Virus record (IMG/VR): IMGVR_UViG_2663763159_000003
Coordinates: 1 to 32,675 of that record
Length of the DNA: 32,675 nt
Direction: 5' to 3' (one strand)
DNA from: a virus
Taxonomy: Duplodnaviria > Heunggongvirae > Uroviricota > Caudoviricetes
Shown: positions 19,170 to 27,376 of the stretch, piece after piece
Layout of the letters: each line of letters begins with the position of its first letter
How positions within the stretch are numbered: the first letter of the stretch is position 1
Made by a program: the position numbers and the translations under genes
Notes under the pieces: generated by a model
What the model was told of the DNA's origin: nothing
Database searches by the model: none
Seen by the model: only the letters and a program-made list of their open reading frames with translations

Positions 19170-19867
19170 ACACTTGCTCCTTTCAGTCCGAACTTAGCTT
19201 TGATTTCTGCGATCTTCGCCAGAGCCTGTGCACGATTTAGAGGTCTACCGCCCATGACAGGAAGTTGTTTTACTGGTTCAGGGATCGCCTCACCACGGTT
19301 AATTCTCGCAGTCATATGGACAAGCTCATCTGCGGCCTTACGGCGTAATTCCGCATCAGTAAGCGCATTGGCCCGCATGTTCTGATACAGGTTGGTAACC
19401 AGCCAGTAGTGCGCGTTTGATTTCCACGGATAAGACTCCGCATCCGGATACAGGCCTCGCTTCCGGCAATACTCGTAAACCATATCAACCAGCTCGCTGG
19501 CGTTTGGCAGCCCGGCGGTAACGGATGCTTCTTCCCGGCACCATGCAACAAACTGCCCGGGTGATGGCAGAAATGGTCGATTCTGCCGACGGGCTACGCG
19601 CATTCCTGCGTTAACCTGTTCCATTGTGGTGATCCCGTTTTCCCGGAAAGCCAGCACCCACTGGCGGCGGATTTCGTTCAGTTCGTTCTGGTCCCGGTTA
19701 GCTAGGCTCGCCGGGAAAGTTGCCAGTAACTGGCTGAACACACCATTGATGATCTGCGCTACCTGTTGTACCTGCGGCTTTTCGTCGTACTGTTCCGGCA
19801 TGTTGTTGGCGATCCGACGCATCTGCTCACGGTCAAAGTTAACCATCTGTGCGGCGATGTTTTTCAT
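19166..19867 (-). CDS. P: Replication protein P (DnaB loader)
   Basis: 233 aa, matches λ P as recalled. Confidence 0.95.
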   Translation of the reverse strand: MKNIAAQMVNFDREQMRRIANNMPEQYDEKPQVQQVAQIINGVFSQLLATFPASLANRDQNELNEIRRQWVLAFRENGITTMEQVNAGMRVARRQNRPFLPSPGQFVAWCREEASVTAGLPNASELVDMVYEYCRKRGLYPDAESYPWKSNAHYWLVTNLYQNMRANALTDAELRRKAADELVHMTARINRGEAIPEPVKQLPVMGGRPLNRAQALAKIAEIKAKFGLKGASV

Positions 19868-20763
19868 AAATCCACCCCGTAAATCCAGTCAGTGTTTGTC
19901 AGGTCGAGTTTTGGTTTGCTGGCTGTCACGCCTGCCTGTTGCTTGTTACGGTTGATTTCGAGCTGGGTCCACTTGTCGCGGAGTTTGGCCGGACTCAGCA
20001 CGTTACCGGACCAGAAGTTGTCCTGGCAGGCCCAGCGGAAAAGCACACACATATCGCGGTGGTTACGTCCGTCACGTTCACGCATCAGGCGGATATCGTT
20101 AGCCCACCCAGCAAAATTCGGTTTTCTGGCTGATGGCGCGATGGTCTTCACCATGTCAAACATCCACTCTGCGGCGGTCAGGTCTTCTGCTGTTCCCCAC
20201 TTGCTGCCGCTCTGAATTGCAGCATCCGGTTTAACCACAGAAAGATCGTTTTCTGGCTGGTCAGAGGATTCGCCAGAATTCTCTGACGAATAATCTTTTC
20301 TTTTTTCTTTTGTAATAGTGTCTTTTGTGTCCCCCTGTTTTGAGGGATAGCAATCCCCCAATTTGAGGGATGTTTTATCCCTCGTTTTAGGGGATTTTCC
20401 CTCGTTTTGAGGGATACACCATTCTGAGATGTTTTTATTTGGTCCAAACATGCCGCCTTGCTGCTTGATAATATTCATTCTGACGAGTTCTAACTTGGCT
20501 TCATTGCACCGTTTGACAGGTAACTTTGTAATCTCGCTAAGTTGAGAATCGGTGATTCTGTCCATTGGTTTATTCCACCCATAGGTTTTACGCAGAATGG
20601 CAAGCAGCACTTTAAACTGTCGCTTGGTCAGATCTGCGCCCGAATAAGCCTCAAGCAGCATATTTGATAGTCTGGCGTAACCATCATCGAGATCTGCCAC
20701 ATTACGCTCCTGTCCGGCAAAGTTACCTCTGCCGAAGTTGAGTATTTTTGCTGTATTTGTCAT
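19864..20763 (-). CDS. O: Replication initiator O
   Basis: 299 aa, matches λ O as recalled; contains ori iterons in its coding sequence. Confidence 0.95.
   Translation of the reverse strand: MTNTAKILNFGRGNFAGQERNVADLDDGYARLSNMLLEAYSGADLTKRQFKVLLAILRKTYGWNKPMDRITDSQLSEITKLPVKRCNEAKLELVRMNIIKQQGGMFGPNKNISEWCIPQNEGKSPKTRDKTSLKLGDCYPSKQGDTKDTITKEKRKDYSSENSGESSDQPENDLSVVKPDAAIQSGSKWGTAEDLTAAEWMFDMVKTIAPSARKPNFAGWANDIRLMRERDGRNHRDMCVLFRWACQDNFWSGNVLSPAKLRDKWTQLEINRNKQQAGVTASKPKLDLTNTDWIYGVDL
20268..20415 (-). repeat. ori-λ: four ~19-bp iterons plus adjacent AT-rich region inside O
   Basis: Four tandem copies of atccctc-(a/g)ttttgagggat-type repeats at 20331..20415, AT-rich tract 20268..20330. Confidence 0.85.
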
Positions 20764-20795
20764 AATGACTCCTGTGGATTGATCCAGTAATTCCC

Positions 20796-21092
20796 TCAGA
20801 ATTGCATATCAATTTGCTTAGAGTCCCCGGCGGCCACCGGGGATTTTTTCTTTGTGATTCCATCAAGCGCATACTTAAAAGCCCTACTAATCGGACTGAT
20901 GTCTGATGCCATTCCGAAAGCACACAAGACTGAAGCAATAAATCTCCAGTCCGTTCTGCTTATCTTCGATTCATGACAGCCAATCATCTTTGCCAGACCG
21001 CGCTGGGTAATAGTTGACAGATTGATAAGTAAATCTGTTTCTGCGCGATCAACGTCACGCTGTGATAGTTTGCTGTAACTTGTTCTTTCCAT
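20796..21092 (-). CDS. cII: CII-like transcriptional activator
   Basis: 98 aa, HTH region and C-terminal ...KKKSPVAAGDSKQIDMQF resembling λ CII terminus; position between cro and O. Confidence 0.7.
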   Translation of the reverse strand: MERTSYSKLSQRDVDRAETDLLINLSTITQRGLAKMIGCHESKISRTDWRFIASVLCAFGMASDISPISRAFKYALDGITKKKSPVAAGDSKQIDMQF

Positions 21093-21195
21093 TTCTTAAG
21101 ATTTCCAATAGTGAATAGTTAGTTGAAAGGTATGCGTGGAAACGCATATGGCCTTAGTTGGTCAGATATCTTGGGACTCGCTTTTCAGCGACGTA

Positions 21196-21223
21196 GGACG
21201 AATGTCCGTTGTTACAAAGAGCG
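21196..21223 (-). promoter_or_regulatory. nutR candidate: boxA CGCUCUUUGUAACAA plus hairpin CGGAC-AUU-CGUCC
   Basis: Located just downstream of the cro stop; boxA matches consensus closely. Confidence 0.5.
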
Positions 21224-21230
21224 GGGTTAC

Positions 21231-21458
21231 TTATGCTGCCAGAAGGTTCTTTTTGCTTATTTCAAGCAATTCGCTTGCTTGATATTTGCCACCAGAAATC
21301 TCTTCGATTTTTGAGGCGTATTTCGTTTTCCCAAAAAACTCAGTCTTAGGGAGGAAGCCGTTTTTGAGCCACTTATAGACAGCCCTTTCGCTAACTCCAC
21401 AAGCCTTCGCAACTTCAGGGATGCCGACACCTTTAATCGGCTCATCAAGATTTTGCAT
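21231..21458 (-). CDS. cro: Cro-like repressor (HTH)
   Basis: 75 aa, HTH segment VAKACGVSERAVYKW, divergent from cI across a 79-bp operator region. Confidence 0.7.
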   Translation of the reverse strand: MQNLDEPIKGVGIPEVAKACGVSERAVYKWLKNGFLPKTEFFGKTKYASKIEEISGGKYQASELLEISKKNLLAA

Positions 21459-21537
21459 AGGAATATCCCTTTTTCGTACTTTTAGTACGCATTATGGTTG
21501 AACTGAAAGTTTTTGCAAGTGCTTTAGTATCGTACTC
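21459..21537. promoter_or_regulatory. OR operator / PR-PRM region
   Basis: Perfect palindrome cgtacttttagtacg at 21475..21489 and related site tttagtatcgtact at 21523..21536. Confidence 0.6.
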
Positions 21538-22245
21538 ATGGTTCAGAATGAAAAAGTGCGCAAAGAATTCGCCCAGCGGCTAGCGCAAGCCTGTAAAGAA
21601 GCTGGTCTTGATGAACATGGTAGGGGTATGGCCATAGCCCGTGCCCTTTCTCTTTCGTCCAAAGGCGTTAGCAAATGGTTTAATGCTGAGTCTTTACCGC
21701 GTCAGGAAAAAATGAATGCGCTTGCGAAATTTCTAAACGTTGATGTTGTTTGGCTTCAGCACGGCACTTCGTTAAATGGAGCGAATGATGAAGATACTCT
21801 TTCATTTGTTGGCAAATTAAAAAAAGGGTTAGTGCGCGTGGTTGGTGAGGCAATTCTTGGTGTTGATGGTGCCATCGAGATGACCGAAGAGCGCGATGGG
21901 TGGCTCAAGATTTATAGTGATGATCCAGATGCCTTTGGTCTTCGTGTGAAAGGAGACAGCATGTGGCCCAGAATAAAATCAGGAGAATATGTACTCATTG
22001 AGCCTAACACCAAAGTATTCCCGGGGGATGAGGTGTTTGTCAGAACCGTTGAAGGACACAACATGATCAAGATTCTTGGCTATGACAGAGATGGAGAATA
22101 CCAATTTACAAGCATCAACCAGGACCACAGGCCAATAACGTTACCTTATCATCAAGTAGCAAAGGTGGAGTATGTGGCTGGTATTCTGAAGCAATCTCGT
22201 CATCTGGATGACATCGAGGCAAGGGAGTGGCTGAAAAGTTTGTGA
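21538..22245 (+). CDS. cI: CI repressor (N-terminal HTH, C-terminal LexA/S24-like autopeptidase)
   Basis: 235 aa; C-terminal region with G.SM and K motifs typical of S24 peptidases; divergent from cro. Confidence 0.85.
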   Translation: MVQNEKVRKEFAQRLAQACKEAGLDEHGRGMAIARALSLSSKGVSKWFNAESLPRQEKMNALAKFLNVDVVWLQHGTSLNGANDEDTLSFVGKLKKGLVRVVGEAILGVDGAIEMTEERDGWLKIYSDDPDAFGLRVKGDSMWPRIKSGEYVLIEPNTKVFPGDEVFVRTVEGHNMIKILGYDRDGEYQFTSINQDHRPITLPYHQVAKVEYVAGILKQSRHLDDIEAREWLKSL

Positions 22246-22368
22246 CTTCAAGTACGCGACAAGCCCCGTCCTTCAGGGCGTGGAGGATGTCAAAATAACT
22301 TTAAATAACACACCACCAACATTTAACACATTGAATTAAAAAACCTACAATATTTGATGAGAGGCGTT

Positions 22369-22689
22369 ATGGAACCGGTCAAAATTAAACCATCTGTGGA
22401 TTATATTGAAACCTATGCGGACTTCGCTAGTTTTGCTCCACTACCGGGAGCGGAAAAAAATCTCATTTGTATACATTTTATCGCAAACAAGTCAATACCT
22501 GCGGTACTATCCCAAAATGATATACCAGATCAACCAGGTAGAGCGAATATGCAGATAGGCTCTGTAAATGAACTCAATCAGCAATGCACTGTGATAATGC
22601 CAATGGCACAACTAAAGGCTCTTCAAGAGAATATAGTTCTTCTTTTCGAACAATTAGAGGCACAAAACTCTAATGGAGCGAAGTCGTAA
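22369..22689 (+). CDS. Hypothetical soluble protein, first gene of the rex-slot cassette
   Basis: Start taken at MEPVK with GAGAGG RBS; stop overlaps next start (TAATG). Confidence 0.6.
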   Translation: MEPVKIKPSVDYIETYADFASFAPLPGAEKNLICIHFIANKSIPAVLSQNDIPDQPGRANMQIGSVNELNQQCTVIMPMAQLKALQENIVLLFEQLEAQNSNGAKS

Positions 22690-23372
22690 TGCAACAACCG
22701 GAAGAAGTAGGTGATTTAACTATTACTTACAAAACATCAAGTATTGTTAAACCACTGCAAGTTTCCCTGAATAACGTTAATACTCGCGATTTCATGATGT
22801 TCATGGAAACAGCAAAAGGTAATCTGTTTTCTACGCCTATTTCCTCTTATTCACCAAAAAACATGGTGGATGATGCGACCAATTCCCAGCTAACTGCTAC
22901 AATCGTAGATAAAGGAGGGGTTGCCGATTGTAAAGGACAATCTAATGTTATCCCACCGTACGAGGAAACTCCTATACAGGGAACCGCAATGTCCGATTTG
23001 AGCAGAAACGAAATACAGGCACTTCTGAAGGCAAATAAAGCTGAAGTGGATGCAGTGGCCTCAAAAATGCAGGCTGATATGGCCAAATGGCGTGAACTAA
23101 TGGCTTCAGATATAAAGGAGATGAAGCATTTAGTTGTTACTCAGCACGAACAAATCAACAGTCGTCTGGACATACAATCGAGTAGAATTGAGAGTGCCCT
23201 TGACTCCCAATCAAAAAAGATCGATGCAGCTCTTTCTGTTCAAGAGGCAAAGTTAGAAGGTAAGCTTAGTGATGTTAAGCTTGATATAATCAAATGGGCC
23301 CTTGGCTTGCCAGCATTAGCATTTACTGTATATAAAATCTACGGATTGCTCTCTGGAGTCTCAACCCCCTAA
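22689..23372 (+). CDS. Hypothetical tail-anchored coiled-coil membrane protein, second gene of the rex-slot cassette
   Basis: 227 aa; Gln/Ser/Lys-rich heptad-like region residues ~105-200; C-terminal hydrophobic helix IIKWALGLPALAFTVYKIYGLLSGV. Confidence 0.7.
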   Translation: MQQPEEVGDLTITYKTSSIVKPLQVSLNNVNTRDFMMFMETAKGNLFSTPISSYSPKNMVDDATNSQLTATIVDKGGVADCKGQSNVIPPYEETPIQGTAMSDLSRNEIQALLKANKAEVDAVASKMQADMAKWRELMASDIKEMKHLVVTQHEQINSRLDIQSSRIESALDSQSKKIDAALSVQEAKLEGKLSDVKLDIIKWALGLPALAFTVYKIYGLLSGVSTP

Positions 23373-23378
23373 TACACA

Positions 23379-23402
23379 CCCGGCCTCAGTGCCGGGTTTT
23401 CT
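23379..23402 (+). terminator. Rho-independent terminator ending the cI operon
   Basis: cccggcctcagtgccggg followed by tttt. Confidence 0.6.
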
Positions 23403-23559
23403 TTGCCCAACGTTCGCCCACCTAAAAACACATAATCGATTGTATTTATTGAAAAACTGATAGATACAACTTGCTAAACAGTGCAACCCTGATCCCTGCC
23501 CCATCACCTTCATCCTCAACATTTACAAAAATAAAATACCTTATATATCAAAACCATAT

Positions 23560-23678
23560 CTCGAGAAAACGAATGAACAACAAATTTTCGTACTTATGGT
23601 TCTTGATTGTATCGAACCAATAGTTCATTATTATCACCATCAGCAGGACGCTGGAAGCCAAATGGAACAGACTGGCAG
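23560..23678 (+). promoter_or_regulatory. pL / OL region (approximate)
   Basis: Contains ttttcgtactt at 23585..23595, the same half-site as in OR; lies upstream of nutL and N. Confidence 0.35.
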
Positions 23679-23706
23679 GCTCTTTAAACAACGTCGAACA
23701 CTCGAC
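23679..23706 (+). promoter_or_regulatory. nutL candidate: boxA GCUCUUUAAACAA plus hairpin GUCGA-ACAC-UCGAC
   Basis: boxA nearly identical to consensus; 5-bp stem immediately downstream; ~115 nt upstream of N. Confidence 0.5.
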
Positions 23707-23822
23707 TACGTGGCTGAAAAGCCAGACCACCCAACCACATAAGCTGTGGGATGCAATGCCGAAGCAACCGGCTCAGGAGGAGCTTCGAGATTGCATCGCC
23801 AAAGTTTATTCGGGAGGAATCT

Positions 23823-24095
23823 ATGTCCAGAAAAACAGAATTTAAAGGCACCGCAGCTTCTCGCCGTAGAGCTCGTCGTGCAAACCTGCAAAGTCAGGAG
23901 GCGATCAGCTCTGACAAACTACACAGGCCAACCCCTTCACGAGTGGTCTTACAATGCAAACGCAAACCAGTAATGAGAGCAGAAGTAATAACACTGACAA
24001 CGTTGACCAGAAAATATGAAGGCTCAACTTGTCTTCCAAATGTAGCCATTTACGCGGCAGGCTACAGGAAATCCAAACAGCTGACAGCAAGATGA
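23823..24095 (+). CDS. N-like antiterminator with arginine-rich motif
   Basis: Start at ATG 23823 with GGGAGG RBS; N-terminal GTAASRRRARRANLQ arginine-rich motif; position after pL/nutL. Confidence 0.7.
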   Translation: MSRKTEFKGTAASRRRARRANLQSQEAISSDKLHRPTPSRVVLQCKRKPVMRAEVITLTTLTRKYEGSTCLPNVAIYAAGYRKSKQLTAR

Positions 24096-24153
24096 CTTGT
24101 GTTGGTCGCCAGAAAATGAAATTAGGCAGCAAACCACTTATTTGAGGTGAGAT

Positions 24154-24240
24154 ATGGAAGAAGAATTTGAAGAGTTCGAAGAGCATCCTCAGGATGTGAT
24201 GGAACAATACCAGGACTATCCGTATGACTGCGACTATTGA
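24154..24240 (+). CDS. Small acidic 28-aa ORF (λ orf28-like position)
   Basis: ATG with GAGGTGAG RBS; overlaps ral start; too short to judge. Confidence 0.3.
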   Translation: MEEEFEEFEEHPQDVMEQYQDYPYDCDY

Positions 24241-24424
24241 TAAGAATCAATGGTGTGGACAATTCAAGCGATGCAATGGATGCAAGCTGCAATCGGAATG
24301 CATGGTTAAGCCTGAAGAAATGTTTCCTGTAATGGAAGATGGGAAATATGTCGATAAATGGGCAATACGAACGACGGCAATGATTGCCAGAGAACTTGGT
24401 AAACAGAACAACAAAGCTGCCTGA
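24224..24424 (+). CDS. ral: Restriction alleviation protein Ral
   Basis: 66 aa, matches λ Ral as recalled. Confidence 0.8.
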   Translation: MTATIDKNQWCGQFKRCNGCKLQSECMVKPEEMFPVMEDGKYVDKWAIRTTAMIARELGKQNNKAA

Positions 24425-24470
24425 TAGTGGCCTTTATTTTTGGCATAAATAACAGAATAAACACTGCACT

Positions 24471-24498
24471 GTGTATTCATTCCAATGAGTGAATACAC
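24471..24498. repeat. Perfect 9-bp inverted repeat gtgtattca-N10-tgaatacac
   Basis: Seen directly; non-coding region between ral and cIII. Confidence 0.6.
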
Positions 24499-24560
24499 GG
24501 AGCAATGTCGCTCGTAACTAAACAGGAGCCGACTTGTTCTGATTATTGGAAATCTTCTTT

Positions 24561-24585
24561 GCCCTCCAATGTGAGGGCCTTTTTA
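24561..24585 (+). terminator. Rho-independent terminator between ral and cIII (tL2-like position)
   Basis: gccctccaatgtgagggc followed by cttttt. Confidence 0.5.
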
Positions 24586-24650
24586 TATGCATACCAATAA
24601 CGCTTCACTCGAGGCGTTTTCGTTATGCAATCAAACAGAAGGAGCATCCT

Positions 24651-24821
24651 ATGCAACAGTTCGCTATTGCAGGGGCGGCATCGGTTCGCCCTTTCAACCC
24701 GATTTTATCGGTACAGCATTCACGAAAAAACATTTTAACCGGAGCAGACTTTAAACAACCAAGAATGAAAAGTTTGCTCGAAAAGCTTTGGGATATTTTG
24801 AAACAACAAGGCCGTCCATGA
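24651..24821 (+). CDS. cIII: CIII-like protein
   Basis: 56 aa starting MQQFAIAGA..., resembling the λ CIII N-terminus MQYAIAGW; AAGGAG RBS. Confidence 0.6.
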   Translation: MQQFAIAGAASVRPFNPILSVQHSRKNILTGADFKQPRMKSLLEKLWDILKQQGRP

Positions 24822-24902
24822 GTTTTACAGATAACTGGTCAGACGAAGAATTCATTCGTCAGATGAACAAAATGCTCAATCAGCACAAAGAACAGGAGAA
24901 AG

Positions 24903-25214
24903 ATGATGATTCTGACTCTGAATGATAAGCGTGAAATATCGCAAATAATCGCAAGTTTTACTGATGAAGATTACGAGCGAATCAACAGTGAAGTTGATCG
25001 CCTCTGCAAACGTTGCGACCCAATAAGCGAAATGCTTCGCTCATATAAACCAGATGAACACACTAAGGACGCTATCGACTGGCTGGAAGATGATGACTGT
25101 AACTATCAGGAAAAAGCCGCTGAATGGTTCTGGGATGCAATAACCGAAAGAGTTAAGGCTGAATATGCCTTCGCAATATTTAAACGCAGACACATTTTTG
25201 GAGAAGCAGCATGA
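24903..25214 (+). CDS. Hypothetical acidic 103-aa protein upstream of recT
   Basis: ORF with AGGAG RBS; stop overlaps recT start; a 34-aa ORF at 24819..24923 partly overlaps its 5' end. Confidence 0.55.
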   Translation: MMILTLNDKREISQIIASFTDEDYERINSEVDRLCKRCDPISEMLRSYKPDEHTKDAIDWLEDDDCNYQEKAAEWFWDAITERVKAEYAFAIFKRRHIFGEAA

Positions 25215-26122
25215 GCAATATCGTTGAATTCGTTAAACAGCAGGAGCAGTTATTCTGCGGAGCATTGACTGAACAGACGGTGACATGGGCTAAGGAAAGC
25301 CAGTTTGCAATTCAGTATTTCCAGAAAAACGATTACCTGGCTAAAACAGCACTGGCAAATCCAACCAGCGCACAGAACGCCATCATCAATGTTGCGGCGA
25401 TCGGCATCACCTTAAACCCTGCAAGCAAACTGGCTTATCTGGTTCCGCGCGATGGCATGGTTTGCCTTGATATCAGCTATATGGGATTGCTCCATATTGC
25501 AATGGAGTCTGGTGTTATCTCATGGGGTCAGGCAAAACTTGTTCATGCTAACGATACCTATGAGTCAAACGGGCTTGATAAAGCACCAACCCATAAATAC
25601 AACGCCTTCGGTGATCGTGGTGATATCGTTGGCGTTTACTGCACAGTTAAGACGCCGGCAGGTGATTATCTAACGGAAGAGATGAGTCTGGCTGAAATTG
25701 AGGCTGTAAGGAAAACAAGCAAGGCAGCATTCAGCGATAAAGGACCATGGGTAAATCACTGGAATGAGATGGCGCGAAAGACGGTCGTAAAGCGTGCAAG
25801 CAAGTATTGGCCTAAGGCATCACGTCTTGATAGCGCTATTCACGTACTAAACGAAGAAGAAGGTGTATGGACTGAACCAGTTATGCCGCACAAATCAGAG
25901 GAAGATATCCGCGAAGATGAACGGAAACGCCAGCAGGAAATAACGGATAAAGCACAACTTCTTTGTGATGAAATGGCTCAGGCAGAAAACATGGATGATT
26001 TGAAGCGATATTTTGCAGAAGCATATCGCCTGACATCTGGAATGAAATTGCAGCAGAACGTACAAGCCATTTACGCAGAATGCAAAGCGAAACTGGAGGT
26101 TGCCAGTGAGCAAACTGTATGA
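25211..26122 (+). CDS. recT: RecT-family single-strand annealing recombinase
   Basis: 303 aa; GPWVNHWNEMARKTVVKRASKYWP resembles the RecT signature GPWVTHWEEMAKKTAIRR. Confidence 0.85.
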   Translation: MSNIVEFVKQQEQLFCGALTEQTVTWAKESQFAIQYFQKNDYLAKTALANPTSAQNAIINVAAIGITLNPASKLAYLVPRDGMVCLDISYMGLLHIAMESGVISWGQAKLVHANDTYESNGLDKAPTHKYNAFGDRGDIVGVYCTVKTPAGDYLTEEMSLAEIEAVRKTSKAAFSDKGPWVNHWNEMARKTVVKRASKYWPKASRLDSAIHVLNEEEGVWTEPVMPHKSEEDIREDERKRQQEITDKAQLLCDEMAQAENMDDLKRYFAEAYRLTSGMKLQQNVQAIYAECKAKLEVASEQTV

Positions 26123-26588
26123 AATTGCCAATGAATACGCAAAATTGATGGATTCAGATTTAGAACCAGAGATGATTGCTGACACAATAGAAGGCATGGA
26201 AGGAGAATTTACCGATAAAATAGAGCAACTTCTTTCCGTCATTAAAAATGAATCTGGTTATGCTGAACGCCTCAAGGAAGAGGCAAAGTCACTGAATGAG
26301 CGAGCCGCAGTAATTCAAAATAAGATTGAGAGCATCAAATCATATATAGCGTCATCGCTTGAAATGGTTGGCAAGAAAAAGATTCGAGCAGGTATTCACC
26401 AGGTAACAATCCGCAAACCGTCAGAAACTGTAGAAATCATCGACTCAAGCGCCCTTCCTCCTGAATACGTTGAGTTTGAAACGACAATTAAAGCCGACAA
26501 ACTGGCAATCAAACACCAACTAAAAGCAGGAATAAATATCCCCGGCGCTCAACTCAAAGTTGGGAAACCTTCACTTCTTATCAAATAA
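26100..26588 (+). CDS. Siphovirus Gp157-like protein
   Basis: 162 aa; coiled-coil N-terminal half; non-ATG start (TTG 26100 or GTG 26106) overlapping recT end. Confidence 0.55.
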   Translation: MPVSKLYEIANEYAKLMDSDLEPEMIADTIEGMEGEFTDKIEQLLSVIKNESGYAERLKEEAKSLNERAAVIQNKIESIKSYIASSLEMVGKKKIRAGIHQVTIRKPSETVEIIDSSALPPEYVEFETTIKADKLAIKHQLKAGINIPGAQLKVGKPSLLIK

Positions 26589-26599
26589 CGGTATCGACT

Positions 26600-26914
26600 A
26601 TGAAAAAGACTCCATGGGAGAAATGGGAAGTCGATTTCTTGCGCGAGGTAGCGGCGACAATGCCAGTTGAAGTTATCGCTGAAAAACTGGAAAGGACTGA
26701 AAAAGCAGTAATGGCGAAAGCAACAAGGATTGGCGCTGACATTGTTAGCCGACTTCGTGGAAGACGATGGACAAGAGCCGAAGTATCACTTTTCGGTAAG
26801 TTCTCCGCAGAAGAAATAGCAATTGCAACCTGCCGCTCAATTTATTCAGTAAGAGCTATGCGATACAAGCTAAAAAAACTCGATGAAGAAAGAGCAGGCA
26901 TACGAATAAATTAA
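26600..26914 (+). CDS. Hypothetical 104-aa protein (possible DNA-binding)
   Basis: ORF only. Confidence 0.55.
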   Translation: MKKTPWEKWEVDFLREVAATMPVEVIAEKLERTEKAVMAKATRIGADIVSRLRGRRWTRAEVSLFGKFSAEEIAIATCRSIYSVRAMRYKLKKLDEERAGIRIN

Positions 26915-26930
26915 CATGGAGTAATTAACA

Positions 26931-27212
26931 ATGAAGCTAAACATCGACCTTGGAAAATACGTTATTACCGGAACCAAACACGACCTGATTCTTAGTGAAA
27001 GAGGAATTATCAAAGAAGGCGAGAATGCAGGGAAAGAAACACTAAGTCGTATCGGTTATTACAGCAAGTTTGAGCATCTGGTTAAAGAGTTATGCAACCG
27101 TGAAATCCTGTTATCTCAGGCGCAGACACTACAGGATATTCAGCAGCATATCGAGACTTTAGGTGTATCACTTAGCACGGCTGTTGACCAGTTCGCGGAG
27201 AGTAAATCATGA
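26931..27212 (+). CDS. Hypothetical 93-aa protein
   Basis: ORF with GGAG RBS. Confidence 0.55.
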   Translation: MKLNIDLGKYVITGTKHDLILSERGIIKEGENAGKETLSRIGYYSKFEHLVKELCNREILLSQAQTLQDIQQHIETLGVSLSTAVDQFAESKS

Positions 27213-27376
27213 GAGGACTTGCATACAATCCCGGCATTCTTCCGGCAGAAATGATTATTCGCCAACGCGTAAAGCCAATGCCATCGAGAGAGGAATTGCT
27301 TAAGAGAAATTCTTTTCCATCAGTGAATCAAAACAAATATCTGAATTCGATGTGGCGCAAAGGAGGCAAGCAGTGA
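27209..27376 (+). CDS. Hypothetical 55-aa protein
   Basis: ATGA overlap with upstream stop; below ORF-track cutoff. Confidence 0.35.
   Translation: MRGLAYNPGILPAEMIIRQRVKPMPSREELLKRNSFPSVNQNKYLNSMWRKGGKQ

Noticed and set aside
20331-20415. Tandem direct repeats as a possible CRISPR array or satellite
   Set aside because: Only four repeats, no spacers, inside the O gene; they match ori-λ iterons.
23751-23822. N-terminal extension of the N ORF (track start 23751)
   Set aside because: No RBS; the ATG at 23823 has a GGGAGG RBS and gives a typical ~90-aa N protein.
24546-24650. 5' part of the 91-aa track ORF upstream of cIII
   Set aside because: Spans a terminator hairpin and has no RBS; the real gene is the short cIII-like ORF from 24651.
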